64,000 bases of DNA from contig JARDVH010000110.1 in assembly GCA_030324005.1 (NCBI GenBank), positions 11,442,296 to 11,506,295 of the forward strand. The letters run 5' to 3'. Of this stretch, positions 38,790 through 51,260 are shown one piece after another. The first letter of the stretch is position 1. Every line of letters starts with the position of its first letter. Under the pieces are notes generated by a model. That model worked only from the letters and a program-made list of their open reading frames with translations, made no database searches and had not been told where the DNA came from. Source of the stretch: Negaprion brevirostris (lineage: Eukaryota). A program made the position numbers and the translations under genes.

Positions 38790-39428
38790 AATTTGCAATT
38801 ACAGAGCATCTTCACAATCTCTCTGTAGACAATTAAATACTTTTGAAATGCAGTCATGGCTGCAATGTAGGAAACTTAGCAGCCAATTTGCATGGGTTTA
38901 GGAAACTGGAGCAACTGTTCATCACAAAATGCTGTGGGGTTTTTTTACATCCACTGGAGATGGCAGACAGATTCAACATCTTATCCATAGGACAGTAGCT
39001 CCAACAATGTTGCACCCCCTCAGTACTGCACTGGACTGCCAGTCTAGATAATGTGCTCAGGTATCTGGAGTGGGGTTCAAACTCACATGTTTAAGTTTAT
39101 TTATTAGTGTCGCAGGTAGGCTTACATTAACAGTGCAATGAAGTTACTGTGAAAATCTCCTAGATGCCACACTTCAGGTACACTGAGGGGGAATTTGGCA
39201 TGGCCAATGCACCTAACCAGCATGTCTTTTGAATGTGGGAGGAAACTGGAGCACCTGGAGGAAACATATACAGATACGGGGAGAATGTGCAAACTCCACA
39301 CAGATAGTGACCCAAGCTGGGAATTGAACCCTAATTCGTGGCGCTGTGAGACAGCAGTGCTAACCACAGTGACATCGTGCCTCCTGACTTAAAAGGTGTG
39401 AGTGTTACAAACTGAAACATGGCTGGCA
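38790..39428 (-). mobile_element. DeuSINE interrupted in its head by a V-SINE
   Basis: gcaccccctcagtactgcactgg...ggagtggggttcaaactcac before the insertion, and ctcctgactta..gagtgttacaaactga after it. Confidence 0.65.
39090..39381 (-). mobile_element. V-SINE variant with a different (poly-AATA, non-CR1) tail
   Basis: Head and V-domain as in HE1, but the 3' part on the minus strand is ttcacagtaacttcattgcactgttaatgtaagcctac..gacactaataaataaact. Confidence 0.8.
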
Positions 39429-40134
39429 CCTGAACTCAGCAGCATACAATGTCACTTGAAATTGTAGTTGCTGTGTTAAAAATGTTATTAACAGATCCTG
39501 AGCATGTTTGTTAATGCATACTACAAATTGCACCTCGAAGATGTGTTGCCTTACTAATCAATTTAATGCTTATTGCTTATGAAAGCTTGAGACAATCTGA
39601 TAAAGGAGCAAGATACAACATTGCCAACTATTGCAATAAAACCCAACAGAAATATGTGCTTGACGTGTTTGAAAAAAACCCTAAGTTTTGTGGTCCNNNN
39701 NNNNNNNNNNNNNNNNNNNNNNNNNNNNNNNNNNNNNNNNNNNNNNNNNNNNNNNNNNNNNNNNNNNNNNNNNNNNNNNNNNNNNNNNNNNNNNNNNNNN
39801 NNNNNNNNNNNNNNNNNNNNNNNNNNNNNNNNNNNNNNNNNNNNNNNNNNNNNNNNNNNNNNNNNNNNNNNNNNNNNNNNNNNNNNNNNNNNNNNNNNNN
39901 NNNNNNNNNNNNNNNNNNNNNNNNNNNNNNNNNNNNNNNNNNNNNNNNNNNNNNNNNNNNNNNNNNNNNNNNNNNNNNNNNNNNNNNNNNNNNNNNNNNN
40001 NNNNNNNNNNNNNNNNNNNNNNNNNNNNNNNNNNNNNNNNNNNNNNNNNNNNNNNNNNNNNNNNNNNNNNNNNNNNNNNNNNNNNNNNNNNNNNNNNNNN
40101 NNNNNNNNNNNNNNNNNNNNNNNNNNNNNNNNNA

Positions 40135-40236
40135 GGTAATAATATGTAGGGATATGGGAGTAGGGCCTGAATGGGATTGTGGTCGGTGCAGACTTGATAG
40201 GCCGAAGGGCCTCTTTCTGCACTGTAGGGTTCTATG
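40135..40236 (+). mobile_element. HE1-like V-SINE 3' tail after a gap
   Basis: Closely similar to 1-108. Confidence 0.85.
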
Positions 40237-41099
40237 GACCCATATTGTGTCAATTTTGGCTGATTGCCTATGACTAATGTTGGGTTGAACATTGAATTGG
40301 TTGGAGCTGGTATCAGTAGGGCCTGCTTGGTAGCACTTCCACATCTATAAACCCTATTAAAAGGAATGTACCACTTCTGTGTAACTTTTACTTGACACCT
40401 TTGCTTGATGCCAGTGCCTAAGGGAGAGGATTTTAGCTCCTCCTATAGTATGTGCTGCTCAAAATGAAAAGCAATATCCAAAACAATCCTCTGAAACAAA
40501 ATAGAAATTTGTAACGTTTGCCAGCGAGAGAGGAAGACTGTCAAAGGAAACCAGAGGGAGGTGCAGTAATGTTTTTGGGAGATCTGAAGATTCTGAAATG
40601 ATTTTGGTCATGTTTAACTTTGAAAGATACTGCCCTTAATCTGGATAAATGTGCACTTTGAACAACCCCTAAGACCTTGATTTTCCATGGAAAATCGCAA
40701 CATTTACAATCAGTGTCAAATGCCAGAGCATTATTATTGCAGCTGCCTAACTGCTCTACCCAGTGTGGAACTCAGGTACACGGACCAGAAAATCCTATGT
40801 TCAAACTCTGGTCTGTACTTGCTTGCTGCTCTCATCTTCAGTCAGATAGAGTTAGTCTCAACGTCCACAGGGTATAGTCAGAAAGGTTTGTCCGCATTTC
40901 CACTTCTGATCGTTATCCTTCTGGGAAGTGCCCATGTACAGGTATTGACTAAACACAGAGTTGAACCTGATTGTGATGCTGCTTGGGTTGAATAGTCTCC
41001 TGGTGGCTAATTCACAAATACAAGAAAATCACATGGTTGAGGTGTTGGATCAGTGTTGATCAGCGCGGAACTATAGTCCCCGGCCTGAGGCGGGAGGAA

Positions 41100-41480
41100 A
41101 CAGATTTGCATTTCTATGTGCCTCTCCGAGAAACATGCAAAATCTGTATGTGATTAATTTGACGTGCCGTTGTGCCTGCCATGCAGGAGGATGGGGCAGC
41201 CATTTTGTGGCTAGCAAGGCCCCACAAGAAACAGTAAGATGGATGACAGGTTAATCCGTTTGTCATGGTGTGGGATTGAGGCCAGTGCAGCAACGGAGAA
41301 CCACTTGCTNNNCTTTGAGTGATAATCTGGAGTCCTTAAAATCCTTCCAGCCAACAGAAGGAGCCTTGTTTATTGTGTCACTGAAAGATAGTGTAGCTGC
41401 CAATGCAGTGCTCCTTCAGTACTGCAGGGGAGAGGCAGCCTGGATTAAAACATCTAAATTATGGACTGGAATTTGGAGAT
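41100..41480 (-). mobile_element. DeuSINE, heavily decayed
   Basis: ttgcatttctat.., gcagccattttg..gcaagg.cccacaa, and gcagtgctccttcagtactgca. Confidence 0.55.
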
Positions 41481-44400
41481 TTTCTTTATAACTCCCTCAT
41501 ACTATTTCGTTGTGGTTGCCTTGACGTTTGTGCAGCTTTTATGGTTTAAATGGTTTATTCTGTAACCTGTTGACAGTTTGTTTGTTTTTCTTTGGGGAAA
41601 CTTCTAGGTTAACAAGTCTTCATTTAATGGCAGTTTGACTTGCCCTACTAATCGGTGCCAAAGATTCTGAAATGCCTTGGAAAGGATTTTTGATATAATC
41701 TGAACATTTTTACAACACTCTGGGTTTACAATACTGATAAAGGCCAACTTGGCAGTGCACTGAAGGTGTTAAGTTTATTAATGAAAGAGAGTTTGGTGTA
41801 AATCATTTGTAAGGAAGGAGTTGCAAATGCATTGTGAGCACTGAGATTCATCTGTTTTTCTAAGACAACTGAAAGCTTAACTCTGCAATATATTTTGAAG
41901 AGAGGATCCGTGCCTCTGCTTCCCCATCTCCACCTCCCCAGCCCCCACCACCTCTGCCGCCAACACAATCCACAGCTTTGAAGCCCTGCTGTCATCAGCC
42001 TCAGGAAGGTCTTCACAGGATCAAAAACAAATTGAGCAGCGCAGAGCTTCCGGGCAGCTAACTAAAGAAAATATACAATTAGAGGATGTAGGCCAGTGAG
42101 CAGCAAGGCTGTCACAGCAGTAGACTTTGGACCTTCTCTTCCGTTTCGGAGCTGCACCCTGCATCTGGTCAGGTTCCAGCAATTATTGTCGAGATGTTCT
42201 AAAAACGGAGGCTGCAGGGTGATCCATAAAAGTAGCAGGAAAGGCCTCAAGCTGCCTTCTTCCTTACAACAATAAGTATTATGTTGTAGCGCTGAAAATT
42301 TCTAAAATAGGACTTTGGCACGGGTCTTTGTTGTTGTCCCTCACACCGTCTTCCAAGCAACAGAGAGCTTTCTCTGAACAACTCCCATTGCCTGAGCCTG
42401 TTTGTTGAGTACAAGCTGCTGTGGCAGTGGAGAGGAGGGGGTAGAGGGAAGGGTGGGGGGGGTGGCGGTGGGTGGGCGTGTGTGCTGCAAGCAAACATTT
42501 GTGTTCAGTCGCAGCTTGTACTGCGACCCTTTGCCAAAGAGCAAAACGGATGAGCAACGACATTTCTGAATTTGTTTTTGTTGGAAGTACCTCGGCTCCC
42601 CAATTGTTTGTAAAGAGGAACCTCCACTTAGTTGGAACGGCAAATTCCTCACCACCACCCACCAAATTTTCACATCTGTAAGGTTTAAACTCTTTGCTGC
42701 TGCAGGGCCAATCACCCCTCTGATACCTCAACCCATTCCCTTTCTTCAAGTACACCATGTCAGTAAGCATTAAAGAAAGACGTATATTCCTATAGTGCCG
42801 TTTGCAATCACAGGACAGCCCAAAATTTGCGGTCAATAGTTTCTGTATATGTAGCCACCATCTTATTTGTGGCCATTCAACAATGGGACATTTCCAAGCT
42901 GAAGACAAGTCCAACATCAATATACTTTCCAGCTGTGAGCGCAGGGTAGTAGTGAGGAATGAGAAGTCTGCTTGATGTTTCTCCTCCTTAAACTGGGGAG
43001 GTGCAAAAGCCAATAGTACCCGAGCATGACTGCTTGGTTCTAAACATAGACAATACTGTACTCAACAACACTGCATTAAAATTCAATATTCCCCCGATCT
43101 TGAACGCACTGGATGGTTGTGGAACTCTTAAATGTATTATCGGAGAAGACGAAGGAAGGACAAACTGAGGAGTCACCACAGAGTCACTGTCTCAAATGTC
43201 CTCACTAGCCAACAAACAGCGCCATTGCCAGAGACCTGGGAACGGTTGACCTCACCCCCTGCATCATTGTCAGACAAGATTGCATGAAATAAAGAGATAG
43301 GAGCTTGCCTAAAGTGGGAATTTCTGTTTCTAATAATCCTGCAGAATGGATTTCAAATCCATTGACCATGTGAGGCTCATGTGTCATGATGGTTGGATCA
43401 TTCCACATCACTGTGCTTTTCCCTCTGTTGCCCGTTGCCTCACATTTGTGAGTGAGAATCCGAAGACTTCCCGTTTTTATGTTATGGAACAGAGACTTTC
43501 ATTTTATACATGTTAATGAGATTTTGAAGCAACACAAGCAATCTGAGCGGATGCTTGTTAGTGCTGTGACATTGGTCTCCCACCTATAGCAGAGCAGTTT
43601 GCTGTTTTATTTGCTTGCTGCTGCAGTGCTGCTCCAAGTTCCCCTAAGGATTGGAAACCTCTGAGTAGAGCTTGATGCAGTGGGCAATACCGTTTCCTTG
43701 TTTGTTTGAATTTCACAATCCATTTTAGTCACATAAACAACAGTTTTCCTTCTCTATTGCTCAGCATGAGTGGAAGTCATTGAGAACTTGTTCAAGGTGG
43801 AGTGGGGGGGTGCTTTCCTCGCCATTTGAACAAAAATTTCAGCTCAGGCTAAATGTCAGCTTGGAGTAGAAATTGAAAAGATTAAAAATAATTGGGTGAA
43901 AACCTTTAAATCAAAGTTTCCTCAGGATTTTGTTCCAAAAGGAACATACTCATGTTGCAGACTTGTCTTCTTTCCTCCTCAGTCTCATTGAGCACTTGGT
44001 TGATTTCAAATCAATCTAGCTCCTGTTTCACAAAGATCAACATTGATAAGGCTGAATGAGGGAGACCTTTCAACCCATCCATTTCATTCTAGAAACCGAT
44101 GGAACTCCCCCTCCCCCACCATAGCATCCAACTGGATCTTAAATGAGTCACACATTTTTGCCGGCCTTACCCTACTAAGAAGATGATTTCAAGTGTTCAA
44201 TACTCCTAATGTGTAGAAGTGCTTTTTAATGTTCTGCTTCTTTCCCAATGTACCTACATCATGTTGTCCTGCAGTTGAGGTGTAACTTGGAAAACTGCAC
44301 ATCTTGTCTTTTCTATTTTAATACGTGGCCCAGATTTTTGCAGAGTTGAATACTCCCACCACCTTTAAGAATGACAGAAGCCCTGCCCCATTTCTAACAG

Positions 44401-45820
44401 TTCCACTGGGAGGAGAAAGATTTGTGGCTAACATAGGCGACACCTGAACTCAGTGCTGCATTCACACAGACCCCATTTCAGTTATAAGGGCCTTAACCTG
44501 CAGTGTGGGAGTTACGGACTTTTAGAATAGTCATAAAAAGTTCTTAAAAAGCAGATATGGTCCATAGAACTGTCAAGTTATTTAAGTCATTGGTCCTTTA
44601 AACATTAAACAGCCTACCTATATCATTGAGGTTTAAAAGTATTCAAGCTGTCCTGCTACTTAAATTCCCAAGCCCTCAAAATTAATAAAAAGCAAAACGT
44701 TGAAAAATCCATTACAATAGCTGTTAACTTTACCCCAAGTGTTATCGTTTACTAGTATTAATGCTTCGCTTGTTTCCACAACCTATCATTATTCCAGTAG
44801 GAGGTTTTGAGCTAACTAATTGATTAACAGTTTGAAGAGGTTATTAAAGGATTAGTTGTATTTGATCTGCTATTATGAATATAACTGTTTGTTTTATAAG
44901 GGATAAAGTACTTGAGGGGAGTTAAATGTTCTGAACTGGCTTTCATAAATGGAGCTTTTATTATGATGAAACCATAATAGATATCTAGATCTTTGTTTAA
45001 TTTCATCTCAGTATGGCACCTGATGTCTGACCATGGTGAAGGTTTGATGATGTGGCAATGAAAATGTAAGGCAAAGATGTTGGATGGGATGGACATGGAT
45101 TTCCATGAGATGGCATTAAGTTGACATGGGCTACAAGTCTCCATGGGGTATGTGGGTCAGCATGGATTGACATTAACTTGGCATGGCGCAATATAGGGCC
45201 ATGAGATGTTGTTGGGTGAGGGGCCGTAAGTTGGCATGGGGGCTATGAGGCGTCAGGCATGGTTCAGCATGGATGGGGCATGGGGAGTGGATGGTGGGAT
45301 GAAGAGATATGAGGGGTGTGGGCTAGAAGACCTAATATTTAATATAAATAAGATGAAATCTCGAGAGAATCAAGGCAGGCCTTTTAAACAGCTTGTTTTG
45401 GCACTCAACAGTCTCTGGGGGCAATTGGTCTGACACCACCCCACACCCACCTACTCTGGAGAAAAACATTTTGCTTTCTGAGTGTTTTGGGATTGTGAAA
45501 GGATTTAATTGTTACTTACCTTTAGGTACTTCTTATATTCTACTTACTCAAATGTATCAACAAATAGAGAGTCAGGATCAAACAGTGAGCACAGAGGGAG
45601 TAGAGTAAGTGAAGTTCTGGTCATCTTGTGTACAGAGTACTAGTTCTGGTCTCAGAAATACAAGAGACATTCAAATGTGAGAAAGAATGCAGAGAAGAGG
45701 CATGAAACTGATTACTGGCATCAGGGGTCTCAGCTAAAGCAAAAGACTGGAGAGATTTGGACCTTTTTAACTGCAAAAGAGACCATCAAGAGGTAATTTT
45801 CTAAAGGTATGCATGACAAT

Positions 45821-46076
45821 TAAGAACATAAGAACATAAGAAATAGGGGCAGGAGTAGGCCATCTAGCCCTTTGAGCCTGCCCCGCCATNNNNNNNNNNN
45901 NNNNNNNNNNNNNNNNNNNNNNNNNNNNNNNNNNNNNNNNNNNNNNNNNNNNNNNNNNNNNNNNNNNNNNNNNNNNNNNNNNNNNNNNNCAGACGTTAAA
46001 CTAACTGGCCTACAATTCCCTGCCTTTTGCCTGCCACCCTTCTTAAACAACGGCGTAACATTAGCCGTTTTCCAAG
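45821..46076 (-). mobile_element. CR1 LINE (start of RT, gap, 3' tail)
   Basis: Translates as ANVTPLFKKGGRQKAGNCRPVSLTS. Tail (TTCTTATG)n is of the same type as 8965-9204. Confidence 0.9.
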
Positions 46077-46559
46077 GCAGTTGAAAAGGTAATAACTTTA
46101 AATTAAGTTACTGAAGCAGGACAAAGGTCTCCACAGATTTAAACAAAGATTTGTACAAAGATGGACAAAGATTTCCATTAGGTAGAGTGGTGGAGCTGAA
46201 ACCCAGAAATAATTGAAGAAACAATTAGATGTAGCGATACAGAGAGTGTAGAATGGTTGTGGATGGATGCATTAAAATGGACTGACTGGCTGGATCCTCC
46301 AGTATATTGTCCTGGGATTTTATGAAGGCTTTACACTATAGAATAAGTCTTCACTCAGACATTGACCACATTGAATCACTATCCATTGGTCAAAGATGAC
46401 AACTCAGAAAATTCAGTCAGGCTGTTGGACATAGAACCATATCAAGTCAATGCTGTATTGGATCACCATCATTCTTCACCTTTGAAGCAGATACAGAAAA
46501 CAAACAGCTAGGTGAACAGCGGCAAAGCATGATTACCACATCAGGCTACTGAACTTAAT

Positions 46560-46810
46560 AAATTACTAGGCCATTGGGTTCAATATCACAACTGGGCTCA
46601 ATACCATACCAGCCTGTAGGCCTCAGTACCACGCTAAATCACTGAACTCTCTACTACACCCGGTCATTGGGTCAGTTCCACACTAGACTGTTGACCTTAG
46701 TGGTGCACAAGACTGGGCTCTGTACCACACCAGATTGTAGGCCTGATTATCAAACTGGGCCATTGTGCCACTACCACACCAGACTGTAGGTCTGAATACC
46801 GATGATTCGA
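46560..46810. repeat. Highly degenerate tandem repeat
   Basis: taccacaccagactgtaggcct-like unit near 46601, 46723 and 46772. Confidence 0.5.
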
Positions 46811-49156
46811 TATTACAAAGGTAAACTGCTGGAGCAGCTGGCTTTAACACATTACTTTGGATTAAACCAGTAGCTGGTGTTATAAGAAAAAAAAGTGCCT
46901 GAACACTGACAAAATAAACCAAACAGGAAGAGTTGCTAAATGATTTTGGGAGGCGTCTGGGTAATATAGCGTGGACCGAGTGAGTAAAAGTAGAAACACA
47001 TTGCGGACAAGAGAGAGTTGAAGTGGGAGGGAAAGATGGTAATTGAACATTAGAGATCACAACACATGAAGATAGATCTGACAGCTCGAGCTCCATAGAA
47101 ACCTAGATGGTGACAAAATAAATTTCCTGTCTGCGGTAGTTATCTTTCACCTTAAGCCCCCACTTACAATCTCTTATCCCGTCATTGAGTGGCTCTGAGT
47201 CAGTTCTGACATGGCATGTGGGTGAGCCAAGGGCAAATACGTAGTAGAATGCAGACGGCTGCTAGCCCAGCGTTTGACAAAATCCTTCAGCTGTAGATGT
47301 GCAGTGTTCCAGTAGACTAAATAGTATTTTTGTGTGAAAATGCTGAGGTGAGGAGATTGTTACTGTATCAGATACAGACACTTATGGGATTTGACTAATG
47401 AATTCCCCAATCTTTTTGGATTACTTCCGTTTGTTGGAGGATTCTGGCGAGATGTCAGAGGCTGACAGAACACAGGAGGCTGGAAATTCTTGCTCGCTTG
47501 CAGTGAACTACTTCAAGAGCTGCTGCACTGTAAGGGACAGCAGGCCTCTGTGACAGAATGGGTCTGGTGTTTGTTGGGTCACACTTTTTCTCGCCGTGAG
47601 TCTGCTTTTCTTGAAGTGTTTTTTGCTTTGCTTGNNNNNNNNNNNNNNNNNNNNNNNNNNNNNNNNNNNNNNNNNNNNNNNNNNNNNNNNNNNAAATGCT
47701 AAAGGCTTTTAAGTAGTAATCTGTCGAATTACTTTTGTCAAGATAAACTGCCTAGTTCCTTCCCTCCCAGTTTTCTCCCTTCCTCTTTTAAAGCTCTGCC
47801 TTTTGCTGATACATAACTCCATGGGCACTGATAGCCTAACTGTACATTGAGCACTTGGCCAGTCTTTGTATGTGAGCCCAGACAATGAATATCCAGAGGC
47901 CAGTCAGTGCCAGAGGGTATTGCTGCTGAGATCCTGTCCTGGATGTCTGTTCTATCCATTGGTCAATGGACCCTGGCCTGCAGGAGTCTGTGAACAGTTA
48001 CTCCACTGGCAGTGTAATCACAATTGGCATCAGTGCCTCTGGAGTTGACAGGTGGGTTATAAATATATTCACCTGGTGGCCCCAGCTGATATTGGACATG
48101 GACATGCTTGAATTGTTTGCTTCCATTCACTGTTTAGTCTCACATTGCTGAATAACAGCAATGTGGTTGATGTTCTGGAGAACACCCTGCAACCGTGGAA
48201 ATCGTGCCCCAACAAGAGAATTGATAGCTTCAGGAGTGAAGAGGAGAAATGTGAGTCTGGGTGGGTATTGGTTGAGGATGGGATCGTATTTGGACTGCAC
48301 AGGCGAGGATATTCTGTCCATTTTAGCAACCTGGTGGTCGTGTGTAAATAACAGCCACCAGCGTGAGGCGTTGGAGAGCCATTGTTGCCTGTGGAGCCCC
48401 AGCCCTTTAAGGTCTTGTGCTGGAGCAGGAAAGCGTTGAGTGCCCCTGTTTTGTGTCAATAAGACTCCATGTAGGAACTATAGAAAGAATCTCAGTCTGA
48501 ATGGAAACAACGGCTACTGCTCCAATCCAAACACAGGGCTGAAGAGGGACTCAAGGAGTTAAAAGATCATTTTCCATCACTGAGAAGAAAATAAACTGCA
48601 CAGGGTTTTTTTTGTACCATATGATGAATTCTGATATACAACAGCAGTGTCATTCACACAGGAAAACATCCATCAACTGTCTGCGAGTCGTCAATAATCA
48701 CCTTCCATTACGATCATATTGCATCTTTAAAGTAGATGGCACAAGTCCAACTTTTCTTCATTCCTTCCGTTCCTGTACATTTGGAACCTACTGTGCACAA
48801 TCTGCTGTATTAGATTTTCTCTTGCAGAGAGGGAATGAGAAGAAAAGGTATCTCATAAATAACGTAAGGCAGGCCAAGAAACCAAGACGGCCTGCAGGAA
48901 AATGTCTGGAAACATCGGGCTGTTAGAAGGAACTTGCTGAGCTGCCTGGTGATGCTGCCTGTCAACACTCCCCTCACACCTCCAAAGTTATTTTTTTTGT
49001 GTGGACAGGGAAGGGGAATTGATTTTCTTTTAGAAAAGGGTGGCACTGTGAATGAAGAGTGGGATGAGGCTTTGCTGAAGGATTGACATGATGGGAGACT
49101 TGGATTTGGTGGTATTCCCTTGGGATAAAAGGAAACAAAAGGTTTCCTCACCACTA

Positions 49157-49342
49157 GGGAAAGTGATGGTGAAGTGGTATTGTCACTGGACCAGTAATCC
49201 TGGGTTCGACTCCAATTAATATCTGGAATTAAAAGTCTAATGATGACCACAAAACCATTGCTTTAAAACCTGCTAATGCTCTTTAGGGAAGGAAACGTAC
49301 CATCAGCGATAAATGCTGACCCAACATCCCCTGAACAAAGAA
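49157..49342 (+). mobile_element. Internally deleted tRNA-SINE with L2-type tail
   Basis: gtggtattgtcactggaccagtaatcc, gggttcga, and tttagggaaggaaa. Confidence 0.6.
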
Positions 49343-49576
49343 CAACTAACCCTCTCTCGTTATATGATCGATGTATTTTTGGATACCAAACTGTTAGAAG
49401 ATGCAGCTTCTGTGTCCAATCAAAATGTGCTCATCTCTGATGCTCATTTGGTCTATTTAAATAGACTGGTGTATAGCTGAGCCATGAAGAGTGGATGGGT
49501 CATACGGTCCATCTCCAGAACTAAGTTAACTGGTCTCTAGAACAGCAGTGGGCTGTTACAGCTGGCTTCGCTATTG

Positions 49577-49830
49577 AACATAAGAACATAAGAAATAGGA
49601 GCAGGAATAGGCCATCTAGCCCCTNNNNNNNNNNNNNNNNNNNNNNNNNNNNNNNNNNNNNNNNNNNNNNNNNNNNNNNNNNNNNNNNNNNNNNNNNNNN
49701 NNNNNNNNNNNNNNNNNNNNNNNNCAGCGTCTTCCTCCCTTTGCTGTTCCTAATCTCCACCCACAACGATTCCACTTTCTGCTCTTTGGTTCCTATATCA
49801 TACCTTGCTACCACCCTGATGCTATCCTTG
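49577..49830 (-). mobile_element. CR1 LINE (endonuclease region, gap, 3' tail)
   Basis: Translates as KDSIRVVARYDIG...VESLWVEIRNSKGRKTL, the CR1 ORF2 endonuclease region. Tail (TTCTTATG)n. Confidence 0.85.
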
Positions 49831-50324
49831 CTGGGCAAGAAAGGGAGGGAACAAGTCAGCTTATTTTATATTCTTCCATTCACTCCAATAGTGGGATGCT
49901 AGTTGAGAATTGGATCAGTATATATTAATTGCTGCTCCATCAAGGCATTCTGCGATAGCGCTTCATTTGATAATTTGTTGGATATCTGTCTTACTCCCAC
50001 GTGGCTTACAGGACACATCTTTCAGGTCAGCGCGATGCAATGTTTCATTGGGTTAGGCAATAGCAAGAGACCCTTGTTTGCAAGTACTGGAGGTGGGTAT
50101 TAAATTCAATAACAGGGTCAGCTACATTGCCATTGATTATTGAATAACCGGATGGCATTCAAAGTCTGCAATCATTACATGAAGACAGAGGTCTTGTGGA
50201 ACGATGGCTGGGATTCAGGTGTTCCAGCAAGATGTCTTTACGAGAGAGCTGATATAATAAATTTTTTGTTTGTGGTTTAAGGGTTCTCTTGTCATCTGCC
50301 TCAACATAGGTTTAAATGTGTGAG

Positions 50325-50665
50325 TGGCATGGTGGCACAGTGGTTTGCATTGCTGCCTCAGAGTGCCAGGGACCTGGGTTCGATTCCAGCCTTGGGTGAC
50401 CATCTGTGTGGAGTCTGCATGTTCTCTGCGTGGGTTTTCTCCGGGTGCTCTGGTTTCTTCCCATGATCCAAAGATGTGCAGATTAGATGAATTGGTCATG
50501 CCAAATTGTGCAAAGATGTGCAGGTTAGGTAGGTTAACAATGATAAATGCATGGGGTTATATGGTTGGGTTGAGGGGAAGGGCAGGAGTTCTTTTGGAGA
50601 GCTGGTGAAGGCTCAGTGGGCCGAAAGGCCACCTCCTGCATTGTTGGGGTACTGTGGTTTTATGG
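50325..50665 (+). mobile_element. HE1-like V-SINE
   Basis: Head tggcacagtgg..gggttcgattcc, V-domain, and tail gggccgaaaggcc..ctgcattgt. Confidence 0.85.
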
Positions 50666-51074
50666 TGATAACATTTTCACTGATGAAGCTCTTTACTAAG
50701 GAAATCCAATGCGATGTTAAAGCCAGTGTAACGTTGAGGCGGCGTGACAGTTCTCTTTCCTGCCATTTACTTCTCTTCACTGGTTTGGCCCTGCCTCACA
50801 CATTGTAGTGCCAAAGCCACTTGAGTATAAATTGAGAATTGCAGGGGGTGGCCAAAATTCTGAACATACCATGCTTTTTCCGCTCATTGTCATCTGTGTG
50901 ATTAATGGTGTCGTTGACTTAATGTCAGACAATTGTCAGCTTTTCCTGACAGAAATATAAAAAGAAACGCAGAGTCCCCCACCCTTCTACACAGAGAGTC
51001 AATTTAAATATGTATTTCTGATTGAAACACACATGTAGTCAAGCGTATGTGGAGAGGTGCACCCATGAGTGAAG

Positions 51075-51187
51075 GTGTGTGTGTNNNNNNNNNNNNNNNN
51101 NNNNNNNNNNNNNNNNNNNNNNNNNNNNNNNNNNNNNNNNNNNNNNNNNNNNNNNNNNNNNNNNNNNNNNNNNNNNNNNNNNNNATC

Positions 51188-51252
<65 letters not shown>

Positions 51253-51260
51253 CGTGCGCG
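51075..51260. repeat. (TG)n microsatellite spanning a gap
   Basis: Directly visible. Confidence 0.95.

Noticed and set aside
42030-42060. Stathmin-like KQI..RASGQ peptide
   Set aside because: The following AFELIL motif is absent, so this is likely coincidence.
43080-43140. Tc1/mariner-like YSPDL / LNALD..G.LK motif
   Set aside because: It needs a frameshift, and I see no upstream DD residues or TIRs. Too short to support.
47750-48460. Possible coding region with several overlapping 60-110 aa ORFs
   Set aside because: No coherent domain. Probably a very old LINE or SINE relic, but the family cannot be supported.
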